Made by a program: the position numbers and the translations under genes. Shown here one piece after another: positions 8,470 to 16,877 of a DNA stretch of 37,471 bases (positions are counted from its first letter, which is position 1; every line of letters begins with the position of its first letter). The notes beneath the pieces are model-generated. The model was not told the DNA's origin. It was given only the letters and a program-made list of their open reading frames with translations, and did not search any database. The DNA lies in assembly GCA_028875175.1 (NCBI GenBank), contig JAPPFO010000237.1, positions 1 to 37,471 on the forward strand, read 5' to 3'. This DNA comes from Chloroflexota bacterium (lineage in GTDB: Bacteria > Chloroflexota > UBA11872).

Positions 8470-8931
8470 TTAGGGGCTGAGGCGTTCGCCGCGTTCGAGG
8501 GCCTGGACTTTGCGGAGGCGGCGGACGTAGCGCTTTTCGTCAGCAGCGAATTCGGCGCCGAGGAAGGCGTCGACAAGCTCCTCGATCAGCGAGAGTCCGA
8601 CGATGCCGGAGCCGAGGCAGAGGATGTTCATGTCGTCGTGCTGGACGCCCTGGCGGGCGGAGTAGGTGTCGTGGCACATGCCGGCGCGGGCGCCCGCGAT
8701 CTTGTTCGCCGCAACACAGGCGCCGACGCCGCTGCCGCAGACGATGATGCCGCGGTCGGCCTGGCCGCAGGCGACGGACTCGGCGACGGCGGCGGCGTAG
8801 TCGGGATAGTCCACGGATTCATCGGAGTGGGCGCCGAAGTCGATGACCTGGCAGCCGGCAGCTCGCAGGATCGCGACGAGGTCGGACTTGATGGCAAAGC
8901 CGCGGTGGTCCACGCCGATGGCGACGTTCAT
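8470..8931 (-). CDS. rpiB: Ribose-5-phosphate isomerase B
   Basis: DHRGF, VDYPDY, CGSGVG, ANKIAGARA and HDDMNILCLG motifs; GGAG RBS. Confidence 0.95.
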   Translation of the reverse strand: MNVAIGVDHRGFAIKSDLVAILRAAGCQVIDFGAHSDESVDYPDYAAAVAESVACGQADRGIIVCGSGVGACVAANKIAGARAGMCHDTYSARQGVQHDDMNILCLGSGIVGLSLIEELVDAFLGAEFAADEKRYVRRLRKVQALERGERLSP

Positions 8932-9006
8932 GGGTGTCTCCGGGGGTTGGCAGTGCTTGGGGGCAGTTTCCGCGACCGGGGAGCCGTTTGCACGTCTGTC
9001 CGGGGC

Positions 9007-10518
9007 TCAGCGGTTCTCAAGGCCACCTGACCCGGCCATGCGCTGGTAGAGGCGGCGCTGGCGGGCGCGGGCTTCCCGGTAGACGGCGTGGTGGGCAAGG
9101 TTGGGTTCGAATGGCGCGTCACCGGCGTCTTCGCGGTTGGCGGCTATCGGATGGCCGAGCGACTGGAGTGCCCAGATCGCGGCTCCGCGGCTGGTGGGTT
9201 CGGCGACGGCGGAGCGGATGAGGGGACGGCCGAGGACGTCGGCGAGGATCTGGGTCCAGCGGTCGGAGCGCTGGAGCGCGCCGCCAGAGACGTGCACGAC
9301 GTGGGGTTCGCCGATGACGGGGACGAGCAAGTCGTAGATGGCCGCCAGGCGGTAGGCGACGGCTTCCAGGCCGGCCAGGAGCAGGTCGGCGGGTTGGGTG
9401 TTGAGGCGGGCGCCGTGGATGGTGGCGCGGGCCGCGTCGTCCCAGCCAGGACTGCGTTCGCCGGCGAGGAAGGGCAGCACGGTGAGGCCGTGGCCGTCCG
9501 GCGGCAGGGGGGCGACCACGTCATCGGGGTCGTCGCCACGGACGCCGCTCAGGAGCTCGCGCAACCAGGCGACGACGATCCCGCCATTGCTCTCGGCGCC
9601 GCCCAGCAGCGATCGCGAACGGTCGACACGGTACTCCCAGAGGCCGGCGGGAACCGAGCGCACCGGGCCGGAAACAAGCGCGCGAACGGCGGCGCTGGTG
9701 CCGATGTTGAAGACGATGGCGTCGGCCTCACCAGGGGCGGTTCCGAGGTTGCTGCACAGGCCATCGCCCAACGCGGGGAACCAGGGCACGTCGACCAGGG
9801 CGGGCCAGCGTTGGCGCCAGGGTTCGGCAAGGCCCCGCAACGGCTCGCCGGCCGGGTCAATGGCGCCGAGTGAGCCGGGATCGACGTGGAGCGCGCCAAG
9901 AGTGGCGAGGTCCCATTCGAGCTCACGACGGTTCAACATGCCGGACCAGGCAGCGAGGCTGAGCCCGAGGCCGCAGGGTCGTCCGAACAGGCGCTGGAAG
10001 GCGTATTCGGCGAAGGTGATCCAGCGGGCGACCTGGCGGACCACGTGCGGCTGAGTGCGGCGAAGCCAGCGCAGGCGGGCCGGCAGGTAGCTGGCGTGAA
10101 TGGGCGTGCCGGTGCGGTCGTAGGAAGCGGCCACGTCCCACTCCTGGCGGAGTACTGAGGCGTCGGCGGCGCAGCGGGTGTCGGCGTACGTATAAATGGG
10201 CGTTTGCGGCTCGCCGGCGGCCGACACGCCGAGCACGCTGGACGCAAAGACACTGGCACCGACGCTCTGGATGGTGGTGACCTGAGGGCCGAGGCGCTGG
10301 AGGGCGACGTCAATGGCCTGCACCAGGCGGTCGAACAGGACGTCCGCGTCGACCTGGACGCCGCCGTCGGGCGTGGTGTCGAAGCCGGAGGCGATTTGCG
10401 CCTCGCTGCCGGGGATCGGTGAGCCATCTACGTTGTGGGCTGCGGCGCGGACCGAGGAACTGCCGACGTCGATGCTCAGTACCAGGGGCGACCGGCTGAC
10501 CGAAGGCTCATTCGCCAC
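9007..10518 (-). CDS. gntK: FGGY-family carbohydrate kinase, gluconokinase-like
   Basis: IDVGSSSVRA, TGTPIHASY, GDGLCSNLG, IGTSAAVR, PFLAGERSPGW and QILADVLG motifs; pentose-phosphate context. Confidence 0.8.
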   Translation of the reverse strand: MANEPSVSRSPLVLSIDVGSSSVRAAAHNVDGSPIPGSEAQIASGFDTTPDGGVQVDADVLFDRLVQAIDVALQRLGPQVTTIQSVGASVFASSVLGVSAAGEPQTPIYTYADTRCAADASVLRQEWDVAASYDRTGTPIHASYLPARLRWLRRTQPHVVRQVARWITFAEYAFQRLFGRPCGLGLSLAAWSGMLNRRELEWDLATLGALHVDPGSLGAIDPAGEPLRGLAEPWRQRWPALVDVPWFPALGDGLCSNLGTAPGEADAIVFNIGTSAAVRALVSGPVRSVPAGLWEYRVDRSRSLLGGAESNGGIVVAWLRELLSGVRGDDPDDVVAPLPPDGHGLTVLPFLAGERSPGWDDAARATIHGARLNTQPADLLLAGLEAVAYRLAAIYDLLVPVIGEPHVVHVSGGALQRSDRWTQILADVLGRPLIRSAVAEPTSRGAAIWALQSLGHPIAANREDAGDAPFEPNLAHHAVYREARARQRRLYQRMAGSGGLENR

Positions 10519-10570
10519 GACGGAATCCCAGCGCAGGCGGCGCGGCGTCAGTTTAGGGCGGGAGCCTCCC

Positions 10571-10576
10571 TATACT
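10571..10576 (+). promoter_or_regulatory. Putative -10 box TATACT
   Basis: Near-consensus -10 in the divergent intergenic region, ~35 nt before ATG 10612. Confidence 0.45.
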
Positions 10577-10611
10577 TCGCGGCGCCCAGCCGCGGCGGAG
10601 CGACACGCGTA

Positions 10612-11805
10612 ATGACCCGAGCGTGCGACCTGCTGGTGGTTGGAGGTGGCCCGGCGGGTGCGGCCGCCGCGATTGCCGCCCGACGGGCAGCGCCGGAACT
10701 CAGCACGGTGGTCCTGGACCGCCAGAAGTTTCCCAGGGACAAGGCTTGCGGCGACGGCCTGGGACCGGGCGTGGTAGCGCGCCTGGCGGACCTGGACGCC
10801 GGCGAGATCGTTCGGGGGCGCCGTCCGGTCGAGCGGCTGAAGATCGTTGCGCCGTCGGGCGCCGAGGTGGTGGGCGACCTGCCGGCCATCGGCACGAGCG
10901 CGCGGGGCTACGTGGTGCCGAGGTCGGAATTCGACCGTGACCTTCTGACCCACGCCCGCGATGTGGGCGCCGAGGTGCTGACCGAAAGCCGGCTCGAGGG
11001 ATTGGCGACTCCCGCTGAGGGCCCGGTTCGCGTCACGTCGAGCGGTGCTGACGGATCGGTATCCCTCGAGGCACGGGCCGTTATCGCCGCCGATGGGGCG
11101 CGGTCGGACGTGCGGCGGCTGTTGGGCGTGGCTTACAACGATTCGGCGCACACCGGCGTGGCCATTCGGGCGTACGTGGAGCGGCCCGGCGGGTTCGAGC
11201 ACATGGCGTTCTTTTTCATGCGCGAGTTGTTGCCGGCCTACGGCTGGATTTTCCCGATCGACGAGCGGGGCGCGAATGTAGGGGTGATGATCGACGCCGG
11301 CCGCTTCCGACAGCAGGGGCGGAGCCTGCCGGAGCTGCTGCGCGACTTTCTCCAATCCAGCGGCTACGAGGCCCTGGAGCCGCAGCGGTCGCGGGCGTAC
11401 ATGTTGCCGTTCGCCAGCTACGTGCCGCCGCTGGAGCATGGCCGGGTGGCGCTGATTGGCGATGCGGGGTCGATGATCAATCCGTTCTCGGGCGAGGGGA
11501 TCGCCTACGGAATGGCTGCGGGAATGGAGGCGGCGACGCGCGCGGTGCGGGCGTTACGGTCGGGATCCGGCAGGCGGCCGTTCGAGGGGTTCGACGAGTG
11601 GTTTCGCGACCGATTCGACGAGCACTTCCGGGCGTCGGCGCGCGCCAAACGGCTGGCGCAGCGGGCCTGGATCGCTGACTTCGGCGTGCGCGCGGCGCGG
11701 CGAAGGCCGGAGTTTGTGCGGGAAGGCATTGAACTGCTGGTGGGCGAGGGGACGGCGCTGTCCTGGCGGAGCCTGGCGCGGTTGCTGGTGCACGGGCGCA
11801 GCTAG
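10612..11805 (+). CDS. Geranylgeranyl reductase family FAD-dependent oxidoreductase
   Basis: VVGGGPAG, FPRDKACGDG, ADGARS, YGWIFP and GDAGSMINPFSGEGI motifs; start reassigned to ATG 10612. Confidence 0.9.
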   Translation: MTRACDLLVVGGGPAGAAAAIAARRAAPELSTVVLDRQKFPRDKACGDGLGPGVVARLADLDAGEIVRGRRPVERLKIVAPSGAEVVGDLPAIGTSARGYVVPRSEFDRDLLTHARDVGAEVLTESRLEGLATPAEGPVRVTSSGADGSVSLEARAVIAADGARSDVRRLLGVAYNDSAHTGVAIRAYVERPGGFEHMAFFFMRELLPAYGWIFPIDERGANVGVMIDAGRFRQQGRSLPELLRDFLQSSGYEALEPQRSRAYMLPFASYVPPLEHGRVALIGDAGSMINPFSGEGIAYGMAAGMEAATRAVRALRSGSGRRPFEGFDEWFRDRFDEHFRASARAKRLAQRAWIADFGVRAARRRPEFVREGIELLVGEGTALSWRSLARLLVHGRS

Positions 11806-11825
11806 CCGCCCCTCGCCGGCCGGTG

Positions 11826-12356
11826 TCAGGCGCGTTGCGTCGGTGGTTGGTCCTCGCCGTCTGTAGAGATCGTGGGGGACACGTCGCCGGCGACTGAGGA
11901 CGCTTCGCGGACGGCAGTTGCATCGTCGGCTTGCGCCGGGGCTGCATCAGGCGGCGCGGCGGTTGACTCGGTCGGCGGGGCTGTCTCCTCGGAACCAGCG
12001 GCGTCCGCAGGCGCTTCGGGGGGCGGTGCGCTCCTTGGGGGCTCGGGGTCTTCGCCGCGGAGCCGGTCGCCGATTTCGGTGAGGGTGGCGTCGACGCGCT
12101 TGACGACGGTCTGGGAGCGTTCGTGCCTGAGTGCGTCGTCCACCCGCTCCAGGGCTTTGTCGGCGAGCGTGACCATCTCACCGCGAATGCGGCGGGCCTC
12201 GTCACTTTCAAGGCCGGCCTCGACGCGCGATTTCGCTTCGGTCAGGCGGGTGCGGACCTTCTCGCCGCGTTCGCCGCCGACCTCGTCGCCCACACGCTTA
12301 ATCAGGCCGTCAAGGCGACTTCCCCAGCCCGTTGGTTCCTTATCTTCCGCGCTCAT
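11826..12356 (-). CDS. Hypothetical protein: helical N-terminus, acidic Ala/Pro-rich tail
   Basis: 176-aa ORF filling the gap between neighbours; AGGTG RBS; TAAGCT -10-like box at 12390-12395. Confidence 0.7.
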   Translation of the reverse strand: MSAEDKEPTGWGSRLDGLIKRVGDEVGGERGEKVRTRLTEAKSRVEAGLESDEARRIRGEMVTLADKALERVDDALRHERSQTVVKRVDATLTEIGDRLRGEDPEPPRSAPPPEAPADAAGSEETAPPTESTAAPPDAAPAQADDATAVREASSVAGDVSPTISTDGEDQPPTQRA

Positions 12357-12446
12357 GGTGTCACCTGGTACGGCGGATTCGATGCCTAGAGCTTACTGCG
12401 GCGGCTCGTGCTACCGTCGCGCCGCCGGACCCTGGAGTCGTCGCCC

Positions 12447-13451
12447 ATGAGCACCCCGCGCCGAATCGCCGTTATTGAAGTCAACCACTGGCATTCCACC
12501 TACGACGCCGCCTATTTGACGGTTCTGCAGAACCTGGACCTGGATGTCGAGTTGGTCGGGGTATCGGACAGCGACGCCGCGATCGCGGAGGACCGGGCGC
12601 GCCGGTACGAGACAGCGGCGTTTACCGACTATCGCGAGATGGTTGACGCGACGAAGCCGGAGTTCGTGATCGCCCTTGGACGGCACGTGGAGATGCCGGA
12701 GATCGCGGGGTACCTGATCGAGGCCGGCATTCCATTCATGATGGAAAAGCCCATGGGTACCAGCGCGCGTGTCGTGAGCGGCCTGGCGGACCTGGCGGAG
12801 GCGCGCGGCGCCTGGGTCTCGGTGCCGTTTCCCAACCGGCAGTCGCCGTGGGCGGAGAAGGCGCGGGCGATGATTGCGGCGGACGAGTTCGGGCCGATAT
12901 CGCACATCGTGTTTCGAATCATCCGGCCGACCATGCAGCGCTATGTCGAATGGGACTCGCCGTGGATGCTGGACCGCTCGCAGGCGGGCGGAGGCGCGCT
13001 GACCAACCTGGGCGGCCACGGGATGGACATGTCGCGGTTCCTGTTGGGCGAGGACGTGCAGGTGGCCTCGGCGGTCATCAGCAACATCGTGCACGCATCG
13101 GAGGTCGAGGACTACGCGCTGGCGACGCTGCGCAGCAGCAGCGGCACGCTGGTTCACGTGGAGGTGGGCTACACGATGCCCACGTGGCCCGCGAACGAAT
13201 CCGACTCCGAGATGAAGGTGGCAGGCGCCAACGCCATGCTGAGCGCGGTAGCCGATGGACTACAGATCCTGGGTCCGGGACGAAACGAGCACATCGCAAC
13301 GCCGGTGACCGTTGTCTCCTCGTATCCGAACTTCGTCAGGGACTGCCTGCAGCGGGTGGGTCGCGGGGATCCTCCGGCCATCACGCCGCGGGACTGCGCG
13401 AACGCGGTGCAGCTGATTGATGACGCGTACCAGGCGGCTGGACGGGTCTAG
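12447..13451 (+). CDS. Gfo/Idh/MocA family oxidoreductase
   Basis: MEKP, GGGALTNLGGHGMD and VEDYA motifs; GGAG RBS before ATG 12447. Confidence 0.9.
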   Translation: MSTPRRIAVIEVNHWHSTYDAAYLTVLQNLDLDVELVGVSDSDAAIAEDRARRYETAAFTDYREMVDATKPEFVIALGRHVEMPEIAGYLIEAGIPFMMEKPMGTSARVVSGLADLAEARGAWVSVPFPNRQSPWAEKARAMIAADEFGPISHIVFRIIRPTMQRYVEWDSPWMLDRSQAGGGALTNLGGHGMDMSRFLLGEDVQVASAVISNIVHASEVEDYALATLRSSSGTLVHVEVGYTMPTWPANESDSEMKVAGANAMLSAVADGLQILGPGRNEHIATPVTVVSSYPNFVRDCLQRVGRGDPPAITPRDCANAVQLIDDAYQAAGRV

Positions 13452-13457
13452 CTCGGC

Positions 13458-14228
13458 TTAGTCCCGCGGCTCCAGCCGACGGACTATCGCAAGGCTGCTG
13501 GCGGCAGAGGTCCGTGGATCGTCCAAGGCCACGTTGACTTCGACGCTCACGGGACCCTCGTAGGGCGCCTCGACAACCGCCCGCAGGGCTTCGCTGACCC
13601 AGGCCTCGTCCTGGACGCCTTCCAGCAAGCCAAGGTGCAGGTCGCTCCGGGCGTCGTTGTCGTTGACGTGGACGTATTGCAGGCGGTCGCCGGCGGCCTG
13701 GATTGACTCGGCCACGGACTCGCCGGCGATCTGGTTGTGGCCGACGTCAAGCAGCAAGTAGAGGTTGTCGTGGCCGCAGGCCGTGATGAAGTCGAGTGTT
13801 TCGCGGACGGTGGGAAGACCGCGGCCGGGGAAGTGCTCGATGCCGAGGCGGATGCCGGCGCGCCGGGCTTGGTCGGCCAGGATAAGGGCCGATTCTCGGT
13901 AGGCCGCGATGGCTGGGGCGTCGGGCGTGGCGGGGGGCGCGAGATACACGTCGGGAATGCCGAGATGCCGGGCTTCGAGGATTCCAGTCCGAACGTGGTC
14001 CACCGCAAGCTGCCGGGCGGCCTCCGAGGTGGCGTCCAGCAAGGCGCCGTCGGGCATGAGGTGGGCGACCGCCATGCAGGTAATTGGGAGGGTTCGTTCC
14101 GTTTCCGATAGCCGGCTATAGCCGGGGCGGACATCCACGGACTGGAACCCGGCGGCGGCGGCGAATTCGGTGGCGGCGGCCTGATCGTCGGGCAGACCCC
14201 ACAGGCAGAACGCGACTTGCAGGCTCAT
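13458..14228 (-). CDS. Sugar phosphate isomerase/epimerase (AP-endonuclease-2 TIM barrel)
   Basis: Metal-ligand pattern GIEH, LDVGH, HVNDND, HL, VSVE; start ATG 14228. Confidence 0.85.
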   Translation of the reverse strand: MSLQVAFCLWGLPDDQAAATEFAAAAGFQSVDVRPGYSRLSETERTLPITCMAVAHLMPDGALLDATSEAARQLAVDHVRTGILEARHLGIPDVYLAPPATPDAPAIAAYRESALILADQARRAGIRLGIEHFPGRGLPTVRETLDFITACGHDNLYLLLDVGHNQIAGESVAESIQAAGDRLQYVHVNDNDARSDLHLGLLEGVQDEAWVSEALRAVVEAPYEGPVSVEVNVALDDPRTSAASSLAIVRRLEPRD

Positions 14229-14241
14229 TGGCGGCAGTCTC

Positions 14242-15714
14242 TCACGCGTCCGACGGGGGCGCGGCCCAGCCGCGGGTGCGCCCGACGGCGCGGCGCCAGG
14301 TGGGACGATCGATCGCGAGCGTTTCCAAGCCCGACTCGAACAGGGCTGGGTCCGGGCGAAGCGAGCGCAGCTCGTCCACGCTGGCCCATACGCCTTCGGC
14401 CAGGCCCGCCAGGTAGGCCGCGCCGAGCGCCGTGGTCTCGATATCCACCGGCCGGGCGACCGGACGGTTGGCGCTGGAGGCCTGGAGTTGCAGCAGCAGG
14501 TCATTGGCGGCTGCGCCGCCGTCGACGAACAGTTCGCCCTGGAGCGGCGGCATGAGGTCCAGGACGTCCTGCACCTGGTGGACAATGGCTTCCAGCGCGG
14601 CGCGGGCCAGGTGAGAGCCTGAGACCCCGCGCGTGAGGCCGAGAATCGCGCCGCGCGCGTCGGGATCCCAGTACGGCGCACCGAGCCCCGTGAAGGCCGG
14701 AACAATCACCGCCCCGGCGGTATCCGGCACCGCCCGCGCCAGCGCTTCGATTTCGGGGGCGGCGCCAATCAGGCCCAGTTCGTCGCGCAGCCACTGCACC
14801 AGGGCGCCGCCGGTGAACACGCTGCCTTCGTAGGCATAGGTCAAGCCATCGGGCCGACCCAGCGCCAGCGTCGTCAGCAGGTCTTCGATGTCGGGCGGCC
14901 GCGCGTCGCCCGCGTGCTGCAGGAGGAAGCAACCGGTGCCGTAGGTCACCTTGGCGGCCCCGGACGACACCGCCAGGTGACCGAACAGGGCGGCCTGTTG
15001 GTCGCCCGCGATGCCGCTGATCGGGGTTCCGGAGGCGACCGGCGCATCGCTGCCAGTCACCGCGCACCGGCCGACCGAGGGAACAATCTCCGGCAGGGCG
15101 TGCAATGGAATCTCAAACAGCTCGGTCATGTCCGTCGACCAGCAGCCCGTGTCGAGATCCATCAGCAGGGTTCGGGAGGCGTTGGTGGCGTCGATGCGGT
15201 GGGCGCCGCCGGACAGCCGGGCAATCAGCCAGGCATCGACGGTTCCGAGGCGCAAACGGCCGCTGTCGCGAGCCGAGGCGACCTCGGGCACGTGGTCCAG
15301 CATCCAGCCAAACTTGCCGGCGCTGAAATAAGGGCTGGGCCGCAGGCCGGTGATTGCGCGGATCACATCCCCGTGGCCACCGGCTTCCAGGTCGGCCATG
15401 GCCGGCCCGGTGCGGACGTCCTGCCAGACGATGGCCGGCCCCAGGGGCTCCAGGGTCGCCGCGTCCCAGGCCACGGCCGTTTCGCGCTGATTGGTGATGC
15501 CGATCGCCGCAACGGTTCCAGCCGGCGCGGCCTCAAGCACCTGTCGGGTGGTGCGCTGCACGCCGTCCCAGATCTGATTGGGGTCGTGCTCCACCCAGCC
15601 CGGACGCGGATAGCTCTGATCGACCGGCGCGTAGGCCCGGCCGACGATGCGGCTGTCCTCGTCGATGACCAGGGTCGTGGTGCCCGTCGTGCCCTGGTCA
15701 ATGGCAAGAATCAC
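14242..15714 (-). CDS. glpK: Glycerol kinase (FGGY family)
   Basis: IDQGTTGT, GITNQRET, AIVWQD, TNASRT, GDQQAALFG, TYGTGCF and PAFTGLGAPYWD motifs; start probably GTG 15714 or TTG 15717. Confidence 0.9.
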   Translation of the reverse strand: MILAIDQGTTGTTTLVIDEDSRIVGRAYAPVDQSYPRPGWVEHDPNQIWDGVQRTTRQVLEAAPAGTVAAIGITNQRETAVAWDAATLEPLGPAIVWQDVRTGPAMADLEAGGHGDVIRAITGLRPSPYFSAGKFGWMLDHVPEVASARDSGRLRLGTVDAWLIARLSGGAHRIDATNASRTLLMDLDTGCWSTDMTELFEIPLHALPEIVPSVGRCAVTGSDAPVASGTPISGIAGDQQAALFGHLAVSSGAAKVTYGTGCFLLQHAGDARPPDIEDLLTTLALGRPDGLTYAYEGSVFTGGALVQWLRDELGLIGAAPEIEALARAVPDTAGAVIVPAFTGLGAPYWDPDARGAILGLTRGVSGSHLARAALEAIVHQVQDVLDLMPPLQGELFVDGGAAANDLLLQLQASSANRPVARPVDIETTALGAAYLAGLAEGVWASVDELRSLRPDPALFESGLETLAIDRPTWRRAVGRTRGWAAPPSDA

Positions 15715-15797
15715 CAAGGACCAACCCGTACGCCTCGCGGGGCAGGCGTACGGTAGCATCGGCGCCGCGCGGCCAGTGGCCGCGAAAAGGGGGGCGA

Positions 15798-16382
15798 GTG
15801 GTCCTGTGCGATCGGGCTCTGCGCGAGGCGATCGCGTCAGGCCGTCTCCACGTCACGCCGCTCGACGAAACCGCGATTCAGCCATCGAGCATCGACTTGC
15901 GCCTGGGCTCACGGTTCCAGGTCTTTGTGAATCAGACCGAGACGCATATCGATCCGAAGCTGAACCAGCCGGATCTGACCAAGACCGTCGAGGTCGACGA
16001 CGGCGCCAGTTTCGTCCTCCACCCCGGCGAGTTCGTGCTGGGGGGCACGGTGGAGACTATCCAGATGGCGGACGACCTCGTGGGCCGCATCGAGGGCAAG
16101 AGTTCGCTGGGACGGCTAGGATTAATGGTGCACAGCACCGCAGGCTATGTAGATCCCGGCTTTCGCGGCAGTTTGACGCTGGAGTTGTCGAACCACGCCA
16201 ACTTGCCCATCCTGCTCTGGCCCGGCATGCGGGTCAGCCAGCTTTCGGTGATGCAACTCACGAGCCCGGCGGAACGTCCGTACGGCTCGCCGGGTTTGGA
16301 CAGCAAGTATCAGGACCAGCGGGGATCCACCCCCAGCCGGTCGCACCTTGGATTCGCCTACCGCGACGTCCACACGGCATAG
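15798..16382 (+). CDS. dcd: dCTP deaminase
   Basis: IQPSSIDLRLG, EGKSSLGRLG, TAGYVDPGFRG, LTLE and SKYQ motifs. Confidence 0.95.
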   Translation: MVLCDRALREAIASGRLHVTPLDETAIQPSSIDLRLGSRFQVFVNQTETHIDPKLNQPDLTKTVEVDDGASFVLHPGEFVLGGTVETIQMADDLVGRIEGKSSLGRLGLMVHSTAGYVDPGFRGSLTLELSNHANLPILLWPGMRVSQLSVMQLTSPAERPYGSPGLDSKYQDQRGSTPSRSHLGFAYRDVHTA

Positions 16383-16391
16383 GAGCACCCA

Positions 16392-16877
16392 ATGGCAGAA
16401 GCCGCCGATCAGCCCGCAGTCGCCGCCGGCAGCGAGGAACCCTTCCTCGAATCGTCAGGCGGCGTGATCTTTCGCCAGAAGAACGGCCAGATTCAGGTGG
16501 CCGTGGTCCAGACGCAGCGCGGCGCCTGGGTCCTGCCCAAGGGCGCCGTGGAGCCGGGCGAAGCGCCCAAGGACGCGGCGGTGCGCGAAGTTCTGGAAGA
16601 AACCGGCATCGTGGGCGAAGTGGTGGACGACCTGGGCGAGATTCGCTACGAAGTCCGCCCCGACCTGTGGACGGGGTTTGTGCCGAAAGTCGTGCATCAG
16701 TACCTGCTGCGGTCCACCGGCGGCAGCATTCGCCCCGACCCGGCGGAGCACGTGGAGGCGCGCTGGGTGGCGATGCCGGACGCGGTGCGCATGCTGCATC
16801 ACGTGAATGAGCGCACGATCATGCTTCGAGCGGAAGACCTGCTGAGCCGTCAGAACCCAGAGAACGTGGGTGCCTGA
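16392..16877 (+). CDS. NUDIX hydrolase
   Basis: Nudix box LPKGAVEPGEAPKDAAVREVLEETG; AGGAG RBS. Confidence 0.92.
   Translation: MAEAADQPAVAAGSEEPFLESSGGVIFRQKNGQIQVAVVQTQRGAWVLPKGAVEPGEAPKDAAVREVLEETGIVGEVVDDLGEIRYEVRPDLWTGFVPKVVHQYLLRSTGGSIRPDPAEHVEARWVAMPDAVRMLHHVNERTIMLRAEDLLSRQNPENVGA

Noticed and set aside
10612-11805. bchP or evidence of phototrophy
   Set aside because: No bch or puf genes nearby; the family also includes menaquinone and lipid reductases.
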